Of a DNA stretch of 64,000 bases, positions 10,764 to 21,227 are shown piece by piece. The position numbers and the translations under genes are program-made. The stretch is taken from the NCBI GenBank assembly GCA_963801165.1, contig CAWDDT010000005.1, positions 160,001-224,000 of the forward strand, in the 5' to 3' direction. Each line of letters opens with the position of its first letter. The first letter of the stretch is position 1. The stretch is from an uncultured bacterium (lineage in GTDB: Bacteria > Actinomycetota > Acidimicrobiia > Spongiisociales > UBA5794). The notes beneath the pieces were generated by a model. That model made no database searches. It saw only the letters and a program-made list of their open reading frames with translations, and was not told the DNA's origin.

Positions 10764-10798
10764 GTAACTTGACCGTTACGTAACATATCCGTTACACT
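10764..10798 (+). promoter_or_regulatory. promoter and tandem GTAAC-N6-GTTAC operators of the ArsR-SRPBCC operon
   Basis: Palindromes at 10764-10779 and 10780-10795 overlap TTGACC (-35) and TACACT (-10). The ATG lies 6 nt after the -10 with no RBS, suggesting a leaderless mRNA. Confidence 0.75.
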
Positions 10799-10804
10799 CA
10801 GCGG

Positions 10805-11113
10805 ATGGACACCTACGAGGCTATCGCCGACCCTACCCGACGCCGGATCATCGACCTCCTAGGGCACGATCCACTCAATGCGGGAACCATCGCCGCAGCG
10901 TTTGCCGTGAGCAGACCAGCTATCTCGCGGCACCTCCGGGTACTGCGCGAGACCGGGATCGTGTCGGTCGAGGAGGAAGCCCAGCAGCGCATCTATCACT
11001 TGAATCCGGAACGGCTCAGCGAGGTAGCAGGTTGGATCGCCCGATATACGACCTTCTGGGACGCGCACCTCGGGCGTTTGGCGACTCACCTCGAGTCTGG
11101 AGCTACGCCATGA
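10805..11113 (+). CDS. ArsR/SmtB family transcriptional regulator
   Basis: AIADPTRRRII...SRPAISRHLRVLRETGIV. Confidence 0.92.
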   Translation: MDTYEAIADPTRRRIIDLLGHDPLNAGTIAAAFAVSRPAISRHLRVLRETGIVSVEEEAQQRIYHLNPERLSEVAGWIARYTTFWDAHLGRLATHLESGATP

Positions 11114-11583
11114 CATTCGGGACTGTCACCAACTTCGATGAGAGCGCCACAGTGCGTTTCGAGAGGATCATCGGCGCCGCAGTCGAAGTTGTCTGGAATG
11201 CCCTGACCGACCCGACCGAAATCGCCGCCTGGCTCGCTCCTGCCGGGTTCGACGCACGAGCGGGCGGAAACGTCTCCATTGATTTCGGCGAGGGCGGGAC
11301 CGTCGCCGGGGCGATCACCGAATTCGAGCCACTCCGCGTCCTGGAATACACCTGGACGTTCACCGGGGAGCGCGACTCGGTCCTCCGCTTCGAGCTAACC
11401 GCCGACGGAGCAAAGACGAAGCTGGTGCTGGAACACCGTCTGCTGCCACCCGACCAGGCGGTCGGGTATGGAGCCGGATGGCATGCCCACCTGGACATGT
11501 TTGGAGCTCATGTCACCAACGCGACACCCGTCGACTGGGACGAGCGCTTCACCGAGGTGCTCGGCGCCTACGCCGGCGCCTGA
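11110..11583 (+). CDS. SRPBCC (AHSA1-like) domain protein
   Basis: VRFERII..VWNALTDP..IAAW, LEYTW, GAGWHAHLD; ATGA overlap with ArsR. Confidence 0.9.
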   Translation: MTFGTVTNFDESATVRFERIIGAAVEVVWNALTDPTEIAAWLAPAGFDARAGGNVSIDFGEGGTVAGAITEFEPLRVLEYTWTFTGERDSVLRFELTADGAKTKLVLEHRLLPPDQAVGYGAGWHAHLDMFGAHVTNATPVDWDERFTEVLGAYAGA

Positions 11584-11592
11584 CGGAACCGC

Positions 11593-12858
11593 TCACACCG
11601 GCTCGTTGTACTTCTCGAGATGCAACGCTGCCGCGCTGGCCATCCAGTCGTCCCTCTCGATACGGCCCTTGAAGGCGTTCAGCGCGGCGGTAACAACGGC
11701 AATGTCACCGGGCTGAAAGTTGGCGATTTGCCGGAAGCTCGTGATACCGAAACCCTTGAGCGTCTGCTCCAATTTGGGACCAACGCCGTGAATCTCCTTC
11801 AGATCGTCGTCGGGAACCGGACCTGCACCGGCAGTCCTGGCGGCGACGTCCGCGATACGGGCGAGCGCCTGCTCCTTGGTCGGCGGCGGGATCGGAAGGG
11901 CGGCGAGGTCTTCTTGCAGCTTCTCGATCTGGGAACGGCTCGAGTCCAGCTCGCTCTCCAGGTCGGCAATGTGCGCCGCCATCTCGCGCTGTCCCGCGGT
12001 GGCGTGTTCGAGATCGGCCTGCAGCCCGGGCACCGTCGCTGCCTCGCGTCGGGCCGCAACCAGTTCGGTCTTGAGGTACCCGACCCGCTCCGACATCTGG
12101 TCGCGCTCCAACGTGGCCTTCTCCAAGCCGGCTCGTAGCTCGGGCACCGACGCTGCGACCTCGCTTGCTTCCGCCAGATCCCTCTCGAGCTGATCGATCT
12201 GATCGTCGCCGGAGGCCAGATCCGATTCGAGAGCGTCCACCCGCGTCTGGAGCGATCCTCTCTCGGCATTGGCAGCAACGAGGTCAGCCTCGAGACGCTC
12301 GACACGAGCCGCCAGCTGTCCACGCTCGGTTTCGAGCCTCTCCAGGTCGGTATGCATACCCGGTACTGCCGCGGCGGTCGCCTCCGCTATGGCTAGGTTG
12401 TCGCGTAGATCGGCCACCCGGCTCTCCGCCTCGTCAAGCCGGCCGCGCAGATGATCAGCCTGGCTTCTGTGCTCTTCCGCCGCCGAGCGAGCCTCGTCAC
12501 GCTGGACCTTGATCTCGGCGTACGCCTCGTCCGACCCACCGGCGGCTGCCAGTTCGGCTTCGAGGTCGGCGATCGTCTCGTCGGTCTGACTCAGCTGTGC
12601 CTCCAACTCCCCGACCCTGGCGGACTGACTGTGGAGCTGGTTCTGGAGCTTGTCGAGTGTCTGGTTGCTCTCGATGAGACGGTATTCGGCTTTGTGCGCC
12701 AGCTCCTCCTGGGCGTCCAGCTCGTTCTCGTAGGCCGCGGCGATCACACCACGCTGTAGCCAGCGGCCAAAGATCCAGCCGATAGCGAGGCCGACCAGAG
12801 TCGCCAGGATCATGAACCAAACGATCTCGCCGGCTGCCCACCCCACTCCATCGAACAT
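11593..12858 (-). CDS. membrane-anchored coiled-coil protein with C-terminal helix-hairpin-helix domain
   Basis: N-terminal TM, long heptad region, DDLKEIHGVGPKLEQTLKGFGITSFRQIA...GRIERDDW. Confidence 0.75.
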   Translation of the reverse strand: MFDGVGWAAGEIVWFMILATLVGLAIGWIFGRWLQRGVIAAAYENELDAQEELAHKAEYRLIESNQTLDKLQNQLHSQSARVGELEAQLSQTDETIADLEAELAAAGGSDEAYAEIKVQRDEARSAAEEHRSQADHLRGRLDEAESRVADLRDNLAIAEATAAAVPGMHTDLERLETERGQLAARVERLEADLVAANAERGSLQTRVDALESDLASGDDQIDQLERDLAEASEVAASVPELRAGLEKATLERDQMSERVGYLKTELVAARREAATVPGLQADLEHATAGQREMAAHIADLESELDSSRSQIEKLQEDLAALPIPPPTKEQALARIADVAARTAGAGPVPDDDLKEIHGVGPKLEQTLKGFGITSFRQIANFQPGDIAVVTAALNAFKGRIERDDWMASAAALHLEKYNEPV

Positions 12859-14259
12859 CTATCCGTCTCCTTCTTCGATCGCAAACTCGATTCTGCGGTT
12901 GCGAGCGCGACCGTCGGCCGTGTTGTTGTCTGCAATCGGCTGCGCCTCGCCGTAGCCGATTGCAGACAGCCGGCCGGCGTCCACCCCTCCGGCCACCATA
13001 TAGGCCACAACGGCCTCAGCCTGCTGCTGTGACAGCTCCAGGTTGGCGGCCTCATCCCCCTGGTCGTCTGTGTATGCGGCGACGATCACGTTTCTTCCCG
13101 GATTCGCATCGAGTAGCTGTATCGCCTGGTCGAGTAGCGCCTGGCCCTCCGTCGAGATCGTCGTTTCCCCCGGCGGGAACATCTCGGTACCGGCGAGGAG
13201 CGAGGTCATCTTGACCACAACCGCCGCCGGGTCCACCCCAACGTCTGTGGTCACAGTCAACTGGCCGGCGACAACCTCATCGGCAAGCACCGCGATGGCA
13301 GCGACCTGGTCCTCGTCAAGCGTCAGACCCGTGATGGCAACGGCCCCGTCAGCGATGTCGATCGTCCACGGATCGAGCCTGGTCACGACATCGAGCAACC
13401 CGTCGATCGACTCCACCCACGAAGGCCCCGCGACTTCAGCGACCCTCAGGTTGTTGATGATGGTTGCCCCGGGGTGGAGACGGCGAGCCGCGTCGACTAT
13501 TCCCGCTGCGGTGTCCTGGTCCGGGAGGCTCCCCGACAGAGTCAGTGCTCCGCCCGCGGACTCTGCATGGAATGTGGGCAGGGGCAAAACCGCGATCTCG
13601 AGATTCGATATCACCGGGATCGACCCGTCGAAAATGACCTCCGCATCCTGCTCGATGCGGCTGCGCACCGTATCAGAGATCACGTCGCCACTAAGGGTGA
13701 ACCCGTCGTTGTTGGCCACAAAGCCACCGGATCGCAGCTCACCGAGATGGGCGAACACGTTCTTGATCCGACCGAGCCACGGTCGCGTCTCGACGTTCAC
13801 GTTGACGATGAGCGCGTCGACAACCCGCTCGGCACCGTACTGCTCGGCGGCGGCGGCGATGAGCGCCTCAGAGACGTCTGTGCTGGGCACCGAGCCGCGT
13901 ATGGACACCGCATCTCCGATGATGCGCATGGAGACTACGGGCGCGATGGGCTGGGGAGTCACCGGTGCAACAATCGTGAAACGAGTCCTCACCCCGCGCA
14001 CGCCGGGAAGATCATCGATCTCAGCAACCAGGGCGTGGCCCGCTTCCTCCGAGTCGACCTCTCCGAACAAGGTGACATCGCGTCCAGAGATGTCAAAAGC
14101 CAGGTTGACACCGGACGCCTTGAGTGCATCCCGCGTCTCGTGCCGGACTTTGGTTTCGGCGTTATCCACACCCCAAACCAACGCCGCCAGGACGAGTACC
14201 ACCCAGATGGCGAGCAGCCAGAAGACGGCTACCGGTATCCCGGGTTGGCTGTCTTTCAA
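12859..14259 (-). CDS. BON-domain plus OmpA-like peptidoglycan-binding protein (ArfA-like)
   Basis: N-terminal TM, repeated BON-like units, C-terminal YTDDQG..ANLELSQQQAEAV..GYGEAQPIADNNTADGRARNRRIEF. Confidence 0.85.
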   Translation of the reverse strand: MKDSQPGIPVAVFWLLAIWVVLVLAALVWGVDNAETKVRHETRDALKASGVNLAFDISGRDVTLFGEVDSEEAGHALVAEIDDLPGVRGVRTRFTIVAPVTPQPIAPVVSMRIIGDAVSIRGSVPSTDVSEALIAAAAEQYGAERVVDALIVNVNVETRPWLGRIKNVFAHLGELRSGGFVANNDGFTLSGDVISDTVRSRIEQDAEVIFDGSIPVISNLEIAVLPLPTFHAESAGGALTLSGSLPDQDTAAGIVDAARRLHPGATIINNLRVAEVAGPSWVESIDGLLDVVTRLDPWTIDIADGAVAITGLTLDEDQVAAIAVLADEVVAGQLTVTTDVGVDPAAVVVKMTSLLAGTEMFPPGETTISTEGQALLDQAIQLLDANPGRNVIVAAYTDDQGDEAANLELSQQQAEAVVAYMVAGGVDAGRLSAIGYGEAQPIADNNTADGRARNRRIEFAIEEGDG

Positions 14260-14351
14260 CTGTCTACCCTCCTACCTAGTAGCTTCAGGAAATTAGCCGC
14301 ACCGCAGCCGTTATGCCACCCACGGTTGTCGCGCGTCCAAGATTTCTGAAA

Positions 14352-14396
14352 TATGATACGACTGGACTCAGGTTATACGTGGCATGTATACTCAAA
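14352..14396 (+). promoter_or_regulatory. degenerate HAIR-like (HspR) sites upstream of dnaK
   Basis: TATGATA-N7-ACTCAGG plus a second ACTCAAA half-site 24 nt later; established consensus is CTTGAGT-N7-ACTCAAG. Confidence 0.5.
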
Positions 14397-14436
14397 CATA
14401 TTCGAGTTTCCTAAAGAATGAACAGGAGAAACAGCA

Positions 14437-16266
14437 ATGGGTAGAGCGGTAGGCATCGACCTCGGCACAACCAACTCGGTAGTGGCAACACTGGACGGTA
14501 GCGATCCCCAGGTGATAGCCAACGCCGAAGGGCAACGCACCACTCCATCGGTGGTCGCCTTCGCCAAGAACGGGGACGTCCTCGTGGGTGAGCAAGCCAA
14601 GCGCCAGGCAATCACCAATCCCGGTCGGACGGTCCGCTCGGTCAAACGCCATATGGGCGAGGACTGGGCCGTGGACATCGACGGCAAGAAGTACACCGCC
14701 CAGGAGATCTCGGCGCGCATCTTGATGAAGCTGAAGCGTGATGCGGAGACCTTCCTCGGCGAGCCGGTGACCGAAGCCGTCATCACCGTCCCCGCCTACT
14801 TCGGAGACGCCCAACGACAGGCAACCAAGGAAGCCGGGCAGATCGCCGGTCTCGAGGTCCTCCGTATCGTCAACGAACCGACGGCCGCGTCTCTTGCCTA
14901 CGGCATGGACAAGTCGGAGGATCACCTCATCCTCGTGTTCGACCTGGGTGGCGGCACGTTCGACGTGTCCGTCCTCGAGATCGGCGAGGGCGTCTTCGAG
15001 GTGAAGTCGACCAGCGGTGACACCCACCTCGGTGGCGACGACTGGGACCAACGGGTCATGGACTGGCTGGTCAAGGAGTTCAAGAACGAGCACGGTGTCG
15101 ATCTCTCACAGGACCCAATGGCTCTGACCCGGCTCAAGGAAGCCGCGGAGAAGGCCAAGATCGAGTTGTCGTCGGTCTCTGAGACTGAAGTCAACCTGCC
15201 GTTCATCACAGCGACGGACTCGGGTCCGATTCACATGCTCAAGACTCTCACCCGATCCGAGTTCCAGAAGATGACCGACGACCTGGTCGAGCGCACCCGC
15301 GCCCCGTTCCAGCAGGCCGTAAAGGATGCAGGCGTCACCGTCTCCGACATCAACCATGTCATCCTCGTGGGCGGCTCGACGCGCATGCCTTCGGTGCAGC
15401 AATTGGTCAAGGATCTCGCCGGCAAGGACCCGCACCAGGGTGTCAACCCGGACGAGGTCGTGGCTCTCGGTGCTGCGGTCCAGGCCGGGGTGCTCAAGGG
15501 CGACGTCAGCGGCATTCTCCTGCTCGACGTGACCCCGCTTACCCTCGGTGTCGAGACCGAAGGTGGCGTTTTCACCAAGATGATCGAGCGCAACACGACA
15601 ATCCCGACCCGGCGTAGCGAGATCTTCACCACCGCAGCGAACAACCAGCCCGAGGTGGAGATCCACGTGCTCCAGGGCGAACGGGCGATGGCCGCAGACA
15701 ACAAGTCGCTCGGCCGTTTCAAGCTGCCCGGCATCGCACCCGCCCCGCGCGGGATTCCCCAAATCGAGGTCACGTTCGACATCGACGCCAACGGTATCGT
15801 GTCGGTTTCGGCCAAGGATCTCGGCACCGGTAAGAGCCAGCAGGTGACCATCACCGGCGGCACGGCACTTGCCCAGGATGAGATCGACCGCATGGTCCAC
15901 GACGCCGAAGAGCACGCCAACGACGACGTTCAACGCCGCGAGCTCGCCGAAGCCCGTAACCAGGCCGATCACGCCGTCTACCAAACCGAGAAGATGCTCG
16001 AGGAGCACGGCGACAAGCTGACCGATGATGAGAAGGCGCCGATCACCGACAAAATGGCCGAGCTGCGCAAGCTACTCGAGGAACAGGCAGCCGCCTCGGA
16101 CCTCAATCGGGTGCGCGAAGAGCTGATGACGACCTCACAGATCCTCGGTCAAAAGATCTATGAGGCATCCGCGGCGCAGGCCGCCGCCGCCCCGGACGAG
16201 AGCCCCACCCCCGGTGACGACGATGTCGTCGATGCGGAGATCGTCGATGAGGGTGACGAGTCGTAG
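14437..16266 (+). CDS. dnaK: chaperone DnaK
   Basis: [33 protein letters not shown]. Confidence 0.99.
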   Translation: MGRAVGIDLGTTNSVVATLDGSDPQVIANAEGQRTTPSVVAFAKNGDVLVGEQAKRQAITNPGRTVRSVKRHMGEDWAVDIDGKKYTAQEISARILMKLKRDAETFLGEPVTEAVITVPAYFGDAQRQATKEAGQIAGLEVLRIVNEPTAASLAYGMDKSEDHLILVFDLGGGTFDVSVLEIGEGVFEVKSTSGDTHLGGDDWDQRVMDWLVKEFKNEHGVDLSQDPMALTRLKEAAEKAKIELSSVSETEVNLPFITATDSGPIHMLKTLTRSEFQKMTDDLVERTRAPFQQAVKDAGVTVSDINHVILVGGSTRMPSVQQLVKDLAGKDPHQGVNPDEVVALGAAVQAGVLKGDVSGILLLDVTPLTLGVETEGGVFTKMIERNTTIPTRRSEIFTTAANNQPEVEIHVLQGERAMAADNKSLGRFKLPGIAPAPRGIPQIEVTFDIDANGIVSVSAKDLGTGKSQQVTITGGTALAQDEIDRMVHDAEEHANDDVQRRELAEARNQADHAVYQTEKMLEEHGDKLTDDEKAPITDKMAELRKLLEEQAAASDLNRVREELMTTSQILGQKIYEASAAQAAAAPDESPTPGDDDVVDAEIVDEGDES

Positions 16267-16892
16267 TGGGTGATCAAGTGATACCTGAAGAGGACACCCT
16301 GGATCTCTCCACCCCGGAACTGCTCGCCGGCGACGGCGAGCAGACCGAGGGGGACGTGATTGAGGTGATCGACTCCGCCGCGGATGTTTCAGAGGTCGAT
16401 ATCGAGGTTCCCGCCGATCCAGCGGAGGCCGTGCCCGTCCTCATTTCGGCGCTGGTGGCGAGCCGCGACGAGGCGGCAACGTATCTCGATGCGATGCAGC
16501 GTATTGCCGCTGAGTTCGACAACTTCCGGAAACGGTCCGCCCGGGAGCGGGACGAGATCGTCGACCGGGCGTCACTGCGGCTTATCCAGCGGCTGCTGCC
16601 GACCCTTGACACCTTCGTCGCGGCGCTGGCCTACGAGCCGCAGACGGAGGGTGAGAAGCGCATGCTCGCCGGGATGGCGGATACCCACAGGTTGCTCATG
16701 GAAGCCCTGGCCGTTGACGGATTCGAACCGATCGCGGCCGACGACGTGCCGTTCGACCCGGCGGTGCATGAGGCAGTTACAGGTCCCGGAGACGACGGAG
16801 ACGGTGACCTGATCGTCACCGAGATGCGACGTGGCTACACATTGCGTGGCCGGGTTATCCGTGCGGCTCTGGTAGCAGTGAGGCATGCTTGA
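16266..16892 (+). CDS. grpE: nucleotide exchange factor GrpE
   Basis: [31 protein letters not shown]; position after dnaK. Confidence 0.96.
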   Translation: MGDQVIPEEDTLDLSTPELLAGDGEQTEGDVIEVIDSAADVSEVDIEVPADPAEAVPVLISALVASRDEAATYLDAMQRIAAEFDNFRKRSARERDEIVDRASLRLIQRLLPTLDTFVAALAYEPQTEGEKRMLAGMADTHRLLMEALAVDGFEPIAADDVPFDPAVHEAVTGPGDDGDGDLIVTEMRRGYTLRGRVIRAALVAVRHA

Positions 16893-16897
16893 AGACG

Positions 16898-17806
16898 ATG
16901 CGTAGAGAATGGCTCGAAACTGACTATTACGCCGTACTCGGCGTAAAGCCTGACGCGTCCGCAAAGGAAATCAAGCAGGCCTATCGCAAGCTGGCCCAGC
17001 AGTATCACCCGGACAAGAACGCCGGCAACGCTGATGCCGAGAGGCGCTTCAAGGAGGCCAACGAGGCCTACGAGGTCATCGGCGACGCCGAGCAGCGCAA
17101 GGAGTACGACCACTCTCGCGAGATGGGGTACTTCGTCGGTGGCCCGGGTGGCGCACAGCAGTACGTACGGGTCGAGGATCTGTTTGGCGGGGGCCGGGCG
17201 GCGGGCGGATCGCCGTTCGACCTGCTCGGCGGGCTCGGAGATCTGTTCAACCGCCAGACGTCGCGCCCCGCGGGCGGTGAGGACCTCACCGCTGCGATGC
17301 ACCTCAGCTTTCACGACGCCGTCTCCGGCACCACCAGGAAGCTCAATGTCGACGGGCAAACCGTTACCGTGAAGATCCCCAAGGGAGTCAGCGACGGTGC
17401 CCGAATTCGTGTGCGTGGGCGTGGCGCACCGGGGCGAAATGGAGGACCGGCGGGTGACCTGTACGTGACGGTCCAGGTTGCCGAACATCCGATCTTCGGG
17501 CGCTCCGGGAAGAATCTCACCATCGACGTGCCGATTACCTTCATCGAGGCCGCACTAGGTGCCGAGATCGACGTCCCGACTCTGAGCGGCAAGGTGCGGC
17601 TTCGCATTCCCGCCGGTACTCAGACCGGGAAGACTCTCCGTGTTCGCGAACACGGTGTCGAGGACAGCAAGGGCGACAAAGGTGATCTGCTGGTAACGGT
17701 CTCGGTGACCGTGCCCGAGAAGCTCACCGACGAGAGTCGCGAGCTGCTCCAGCAGTTCCGGCTGAAGAATCCCGACTACAACCCACGATCGCACCTGGGG
17801 GTGTGA
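16898..17806 (+). CDS. dnaJ: DnaJ-class co-chaperone without zinc finger
   Basis: J domain with HPD, G/F region and C-terminal domains; no CxxCxGxG repeats. Confidence 0.92.
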   Translation: MRREWLETDYYAVLGVKPDASAKEIKQAYRKLAQQYHPDKNAGNADAERRFKEANEAYEVIGDAEQRKEYDHSREMGYFVGGPGGAQQYVRVEDLFGGGRAAGGSPFDLLGGLGDLFNRQTSRPAGGEDLTAAMHLSFHDAVSGTTRKLNVDGQTVTVKIPKGVSDGARIRVRGRGAPGRNGGPAGDLYVTVQVAEHPIFGRSGKNLTIDVPITFIEAALGAEIDVPTLSGKVRLRIPAGTQTGKTLRVREHGVEDSKGDKGDLLVTVSVTVPEKLTDESRELLQQFRLKNPDYNPRSHLGV

Positions 17807-17810
17807 CCAA

Positions 17811-18215
17811 ATGAGCAAGAGAACTGGGGCCGTCTACATAATCTCGGTCGCCGCCGAGTTGGCAGGGGTCCATCCGCAAACGCTTCGCATCTATGAGCGT
17901 AAGGGGCTGATCGAGCCGTTCCGTACCCCCGGAGGGACCAGACGGTACTCAGACGAGGATCTCGAGCGGCTCGGTCTGATCCAGGAGCTCACGGCGGACG
18001 GTGTAAACCTGGAGGGAGTGCGCCGCATTCTCGATCTCCAGGCCGAGAACGACCGGCTACGGTCACAGGTCGACCGGTTGCGCCGGCTGCTCGGCGAGGC
18101 CCAGTCGCGCATGGGCGCCGATCTCCCGGTTTCCGCACGGACGTTCACGGTGAACGTCACCAAGCGGCGCAACCTCCCCGACATCATTCGCGGGGGCCCA
18201 TTCGGCGACTCGTGA
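17811..18215 (+). CDS. hspR: heat-shock repressor HspR (MerR family)
   Basis: VYIISVAAELAGVHPQTLRIYERKGL..RTPGGTRRYS. Confidence 0.95.
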   Translation: MSKRTGAVYIISVAAELAGVHPQTLRIYERKGLIEPFRTPGGTRRYSDEDLERLGLIQELTADGVNLEGVRRILDLQAENDRLRSQVDRLRRLLGEAQSRMGADLPVSARTFTVNVTKRRNLPDIIRGGPFGDS

Positions 18216-18246
18216 CGCCCCCGACACGATCCCTTATCATTGAGGC

Positions 18247-18645
18247 ATGGACTGGCTGTCCCGCCCGTTGCTGCGACGCCCGCTGATGTTCCTGCTCGGC
18301 CTCGGCCTTGCTGTAGGCGCGGGGCTGCTCTTTCAGCCCCACTGGGTAAGCCTGTGCACCCGTATCAACTCCACGGAGTTCGTCGGCTGGAATGGCGAGA
18401 CGGTCGTTGTCGGGCACCAGTGTGCCTGGGTAAGCCCGGCCACGATGGCCGGCACTTTCTTGATCGGATTCGGTGCGTTCATGCTCGTCATCGGCCCGAT
18501 CATCTTCTCGCTGGCCCACGTGCTCCGACATGGCTTCAACTGGGAGTACTCACGTGTCGAGACCGCCACCTCCAACCTTCCCATGCTCTCCGGGGTCCTC
18601 TACATCATCGCCGGAACCAGTCTCGCCTTCATGAGCGGCAGCTAG
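18247..18645 (+). CDS. hypothetical membrane protein (about 3 TM)
   Basis: Hydrophobic helices, typical codon usage. Confidence 0.6.
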   Translation: MDWLSRPLLRRPLMFLLGLGLAVGAGLLFQPHWVSLCTRINSTEFVGWNGETVVVGHQCAWVSPATMAGTFLIGFGAFMLVIGPIIFSLAHVLRHGFNWEYSRVETATSNLPMLSGVLYIIAGTSLAFMSGS

Positions 18646-18760
18646 ACACGACCCCGACCTGACCACTCCGTTCCTGCGCAGATGCTGCCGGCATACCGGC
18701 GGAGGCTACGCACGAGCCTCGACTCGTGGCAAAAGACCCGTGCCCGTATAGGCTATTGCC

Positions 18761-20518
18761 ATGAACTTCAAGGGGGCAACGGCCGTTCTCGCGACGATGG
18801 CGGTGATCGTCGGATTGGGGTCGAGTTCGGCAGAGGCTGATGAGCAACCGCCGTCGGTCGTGCTCGGGCCCGGATCGTTCACCGATGACAACGGCTCCAT
18901 CCACGAATCCAGCATCGAAGCTCTCGCCGCGGCAGGCATCACCCTGGGATGCAACCCACCCGACAACGACCACTACTGCCCCACCACACCAACCACCCGC
19001 GCCCAGATGGCCACCTTCCTCACCCGCGCCCTCGACCTCCCCGCAACCAGCACCGACTACTTCACCGACGACAACAGCTCCATCCACGAATCCAGCATCA
19101 ACGCCCTCGCCGCGGCAGGCATCACCCTGGGATGCAACCCACCCGACAACGACCACTACTGCCCCACCACACCAACCACCCGCGCCCAGATGGCCACCTT
19201 CCTCACCCGCGCCCTCGACCTCCCCGCAACCAGCACCGACTACTTCACCGACGACAACAGCTCCATCCACGAATCCAGCATCAACGCCCTCGCCGCGGCA
19301 GGCATCACCCTGGGCTGCAACCCACCCGACAACGACCGCTACTGCCCGCAGAGTGAGACGACGCGGGCGCAGATGGCGACGTTCTTGGTGCGTGGGCTCG
19401 GCTTCGGGCCACCCGAACTGTGGGCGTTGGTGCACGATGCCGTCGACGACCCGATCCCGGGATCGAGCTCCGCAGGCCGCCTCGCCTACGGGGACGTCGG
19501 CTACGTCGCGGCTGGTCCTGTCCTCGCCATCAACGATGATGCGGCCATCTGGACATCGCCCGACGGCGTCGACTGGGCCTACGTACCTAACACCGCCGGT
19601 TTGTTCGGCGGCCCGGGCAACGCGATCGCGGTCTCCGATGTCGCCTCGGGCAACACAGCCATGGTGGCTGTCGGTAACTGGCGCTCATCGAACAGCTCGA
19701 TCAAATCCGACGCAGCCGTCTGGCGCTCAGAGGACAGAGTCACATGGGCACGAGTTGCGGACAGCCGATCCGCGTTTGGGACCTCGGACGACAACTCACT
19801 GCTCATGAACGCCGTTTCGTTCGATCCTGCCCTCGGCTTCGTTGCAGTAGGCAGCGAGGCACTCCTCGACGGTCAACCCGGCATGTCCGAGGAGAGCGTG
19901 GCCGCCGTTTGGGAGTCGAGCGATGGTGTCGACTGGGCTCGGGTCCCTACCGACTCCGCGCTCGAGGGCGGCAAGACGCTGACAATGAATGACGTTGTCG
20001 CCGCAAACGGTCTCGTCGTCGCCATCGGCACCGACTACTCGACCAATTCTCCTGCGTTCTGGTGGTCATCTGACGCACAGACTTGGACTCGAACCAGCGA
20101 TCCGTCCGGCCTGCCGCCGCTCGACTCGCTGAGCATCGAGGACATCACCGCCGGGGCGGCCGGATTCGTGGCTGTCGCATACGAGACCATCGGCGAGACC
20201 CGCGCCCCGGTGTCGTACACGTCGATGGACGGTAAGACCTGGACCCGGCATGCCCTCGCCGTCGAGGGGACGCTGTCGGCCGTCACGTATGACGGTTCTG
20301 CATACGTAGCGGTAGGAAGCGGATCGACCACCTTGCACTATCCAGGGGCGGTATGGGAGTCCGAAGACGGGGTCACCTGGCAACGCAGAGGTGAACGAAC
20401 CAGCGGGCCGACTTCACGATGGCTACAGACGGTCGTGGCAACGCCAGCCGGTTTACTGGTGGGTGGGACGCAAACCCCCGAGCACACGAACTATGGCGCC
20501 ATCTGGCTCCGCCCGTAA
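18761..20518 (+). CDS. secreted protein with three SLH-like repeats and an Asp-box/BNR-like beta-propeller region
   Basis: Signal peptide; 3x GITLGCNPP.ND..CP...TRAQMATFL; repeated (A)VWxSxDGxxW motifs. Confidence 0.85.
   Translation: MNFKGATAVLATMAVIVGLGSSSAEADEQPPSVVLGPGSFTDDNGSIHESSIEALAAAGITLGCNPPDNDHYCPTTPTTRAQMATFLTRALDLPATSTDYFTDDNSSIHESSINALAAAGITLGCNPPDNDHYCPTTPTTRAQMATFLTRALDLPATSTDYFTDDNSSIHESSINALAAAGITLGCNPPDNDRYCPQSETTRAQMATFLVRGLGFGPPELWALVHDAVDDPIPGSSSAGRLAYGDVGYVAAGPVLAINDDAAIWTSPDGVDWAYVPNTAGLFGGPGNAIAVSDVASGNTAMVAVGNWRSSNSSIKSDAAVWRSEDRVTWARVADSRSAFGTSDDNSLLMNAVSFDPALGFVAVGSEALLDGQPGMSEESVAAVWESSDGVDWARVPTDSALEGGKTLTMNDVVAANGLVVAIGTDYSTNSPAFWWSSDAQTWTRTSDPSGLPPLDSLSIEDITAGAAGFVAVAYETIGETRAPVSYTSMDGKTWTRHALAVEGTLSAVTYDGSAYVAVGSGSTTLHYPGAVWESEDGVTWQRRGERTSGPTSRWLQTVVATPAGLLVGGTQTPEHTNYGAIWLRP
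18878..19350 (+). repeat. 183-bp tandem repeat (about 2.6 copies) encoding the SLH-like units
   Basis: TTCACCGA(C/T)GACAAC at 18878, 19061 and 19244; copies nearly identical. Confidence 0.95.
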
Positions 20519-20573
20519 TTGTGTGGCGTCACAAGGCGGAACATGCCTCGGTTTCGACGCACGACGCAGAGAG

Positions 20574-21218
20574 TCAGGCGATAAAGGACTCGCCGTCGCG
20601 TTGCTGGACGACGAAGGTGGCGACCAGCGAAGCGATGTCGGGCCAGGCATCGAGGGCGGCGCGGGTCTGCGCGTTGGCCGCGGCGGCACGGGTCGACCAA
20701 TCGATGCCTGCGGGAGCATCGACAAAAACGCCGAGCTCGGGACGGTGGGTGAGCTGCGAGCCCTGAAGGTCGAAGCCGTCCATCTCGACGACGGCGAGCC
20801 CCAACTCCTCGCAGCGGTCCACCAGCTCGATCGCCGTTGCATGATCGTAGAAGCCCTCGCCGTCGTCGGCGCGGTAGACCACCCGCTCTTCGAACTCCTC
20901 GGTCACCGCATTCGTATCAGGGGATTCCTCGTTCCACTCCCCCTCCGGCACGGCCGCGTTGTAGTCGCGGAGGTACTCCTCGTCCTCCTCCTCGAGCCGG
21001 TCTTCAGGAGTGACGATCCGTATCGCCGTGTCCAGGGCACGGATGAGATCACCGACCTCCAGGTCGTGTACGTCGCCGTCATCGTCCGGGTAGATCTGGA
21101 CGATGGTCTCTTCGCCGTCCCAGAACACCATGCCGACAAAGTCGTTGTCCCGCCACAGCTCGACAACCGGCTCGTCGAAATCGGGACGGTCTGTCTCAAC
21201 GATTCTCAGAGGAAGCAT
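20574..21218 (-). CDS. acidic two-domain hypothetical protein
   Basis: Strong coding pattern; acidic linker EEEDEEY. Confidence 0.75.
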   Translation of the reverse strand: MLPLRIVETDRPDFDEPVVELWRDNDFVGMVFWDGEETIVQIYPDDDGDVHDLEVGDLIRALDTAIRIVTPEDRLEEEDEEYLRDYNAAVPEGEWNEESPDTNAVTEEFEERVVYRADDGEGFYDHATAIELVDRCEELGLAVVEMDGFDLQGSQLTHRPELGVFVDAPAGIDWSTRAAAANAQTRAALDAWPDIASLVATFVVQQRDGESFIA

Positions 21219-21227
21219 TGGGGAACG

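Noticed and set aside
18878-19350. Near-identical repeats as a DGR template/variable pair
   Set aside because: In-frame tandem protein repeats, no adenine-specific variation pattern and no reverse transcriptase in the window
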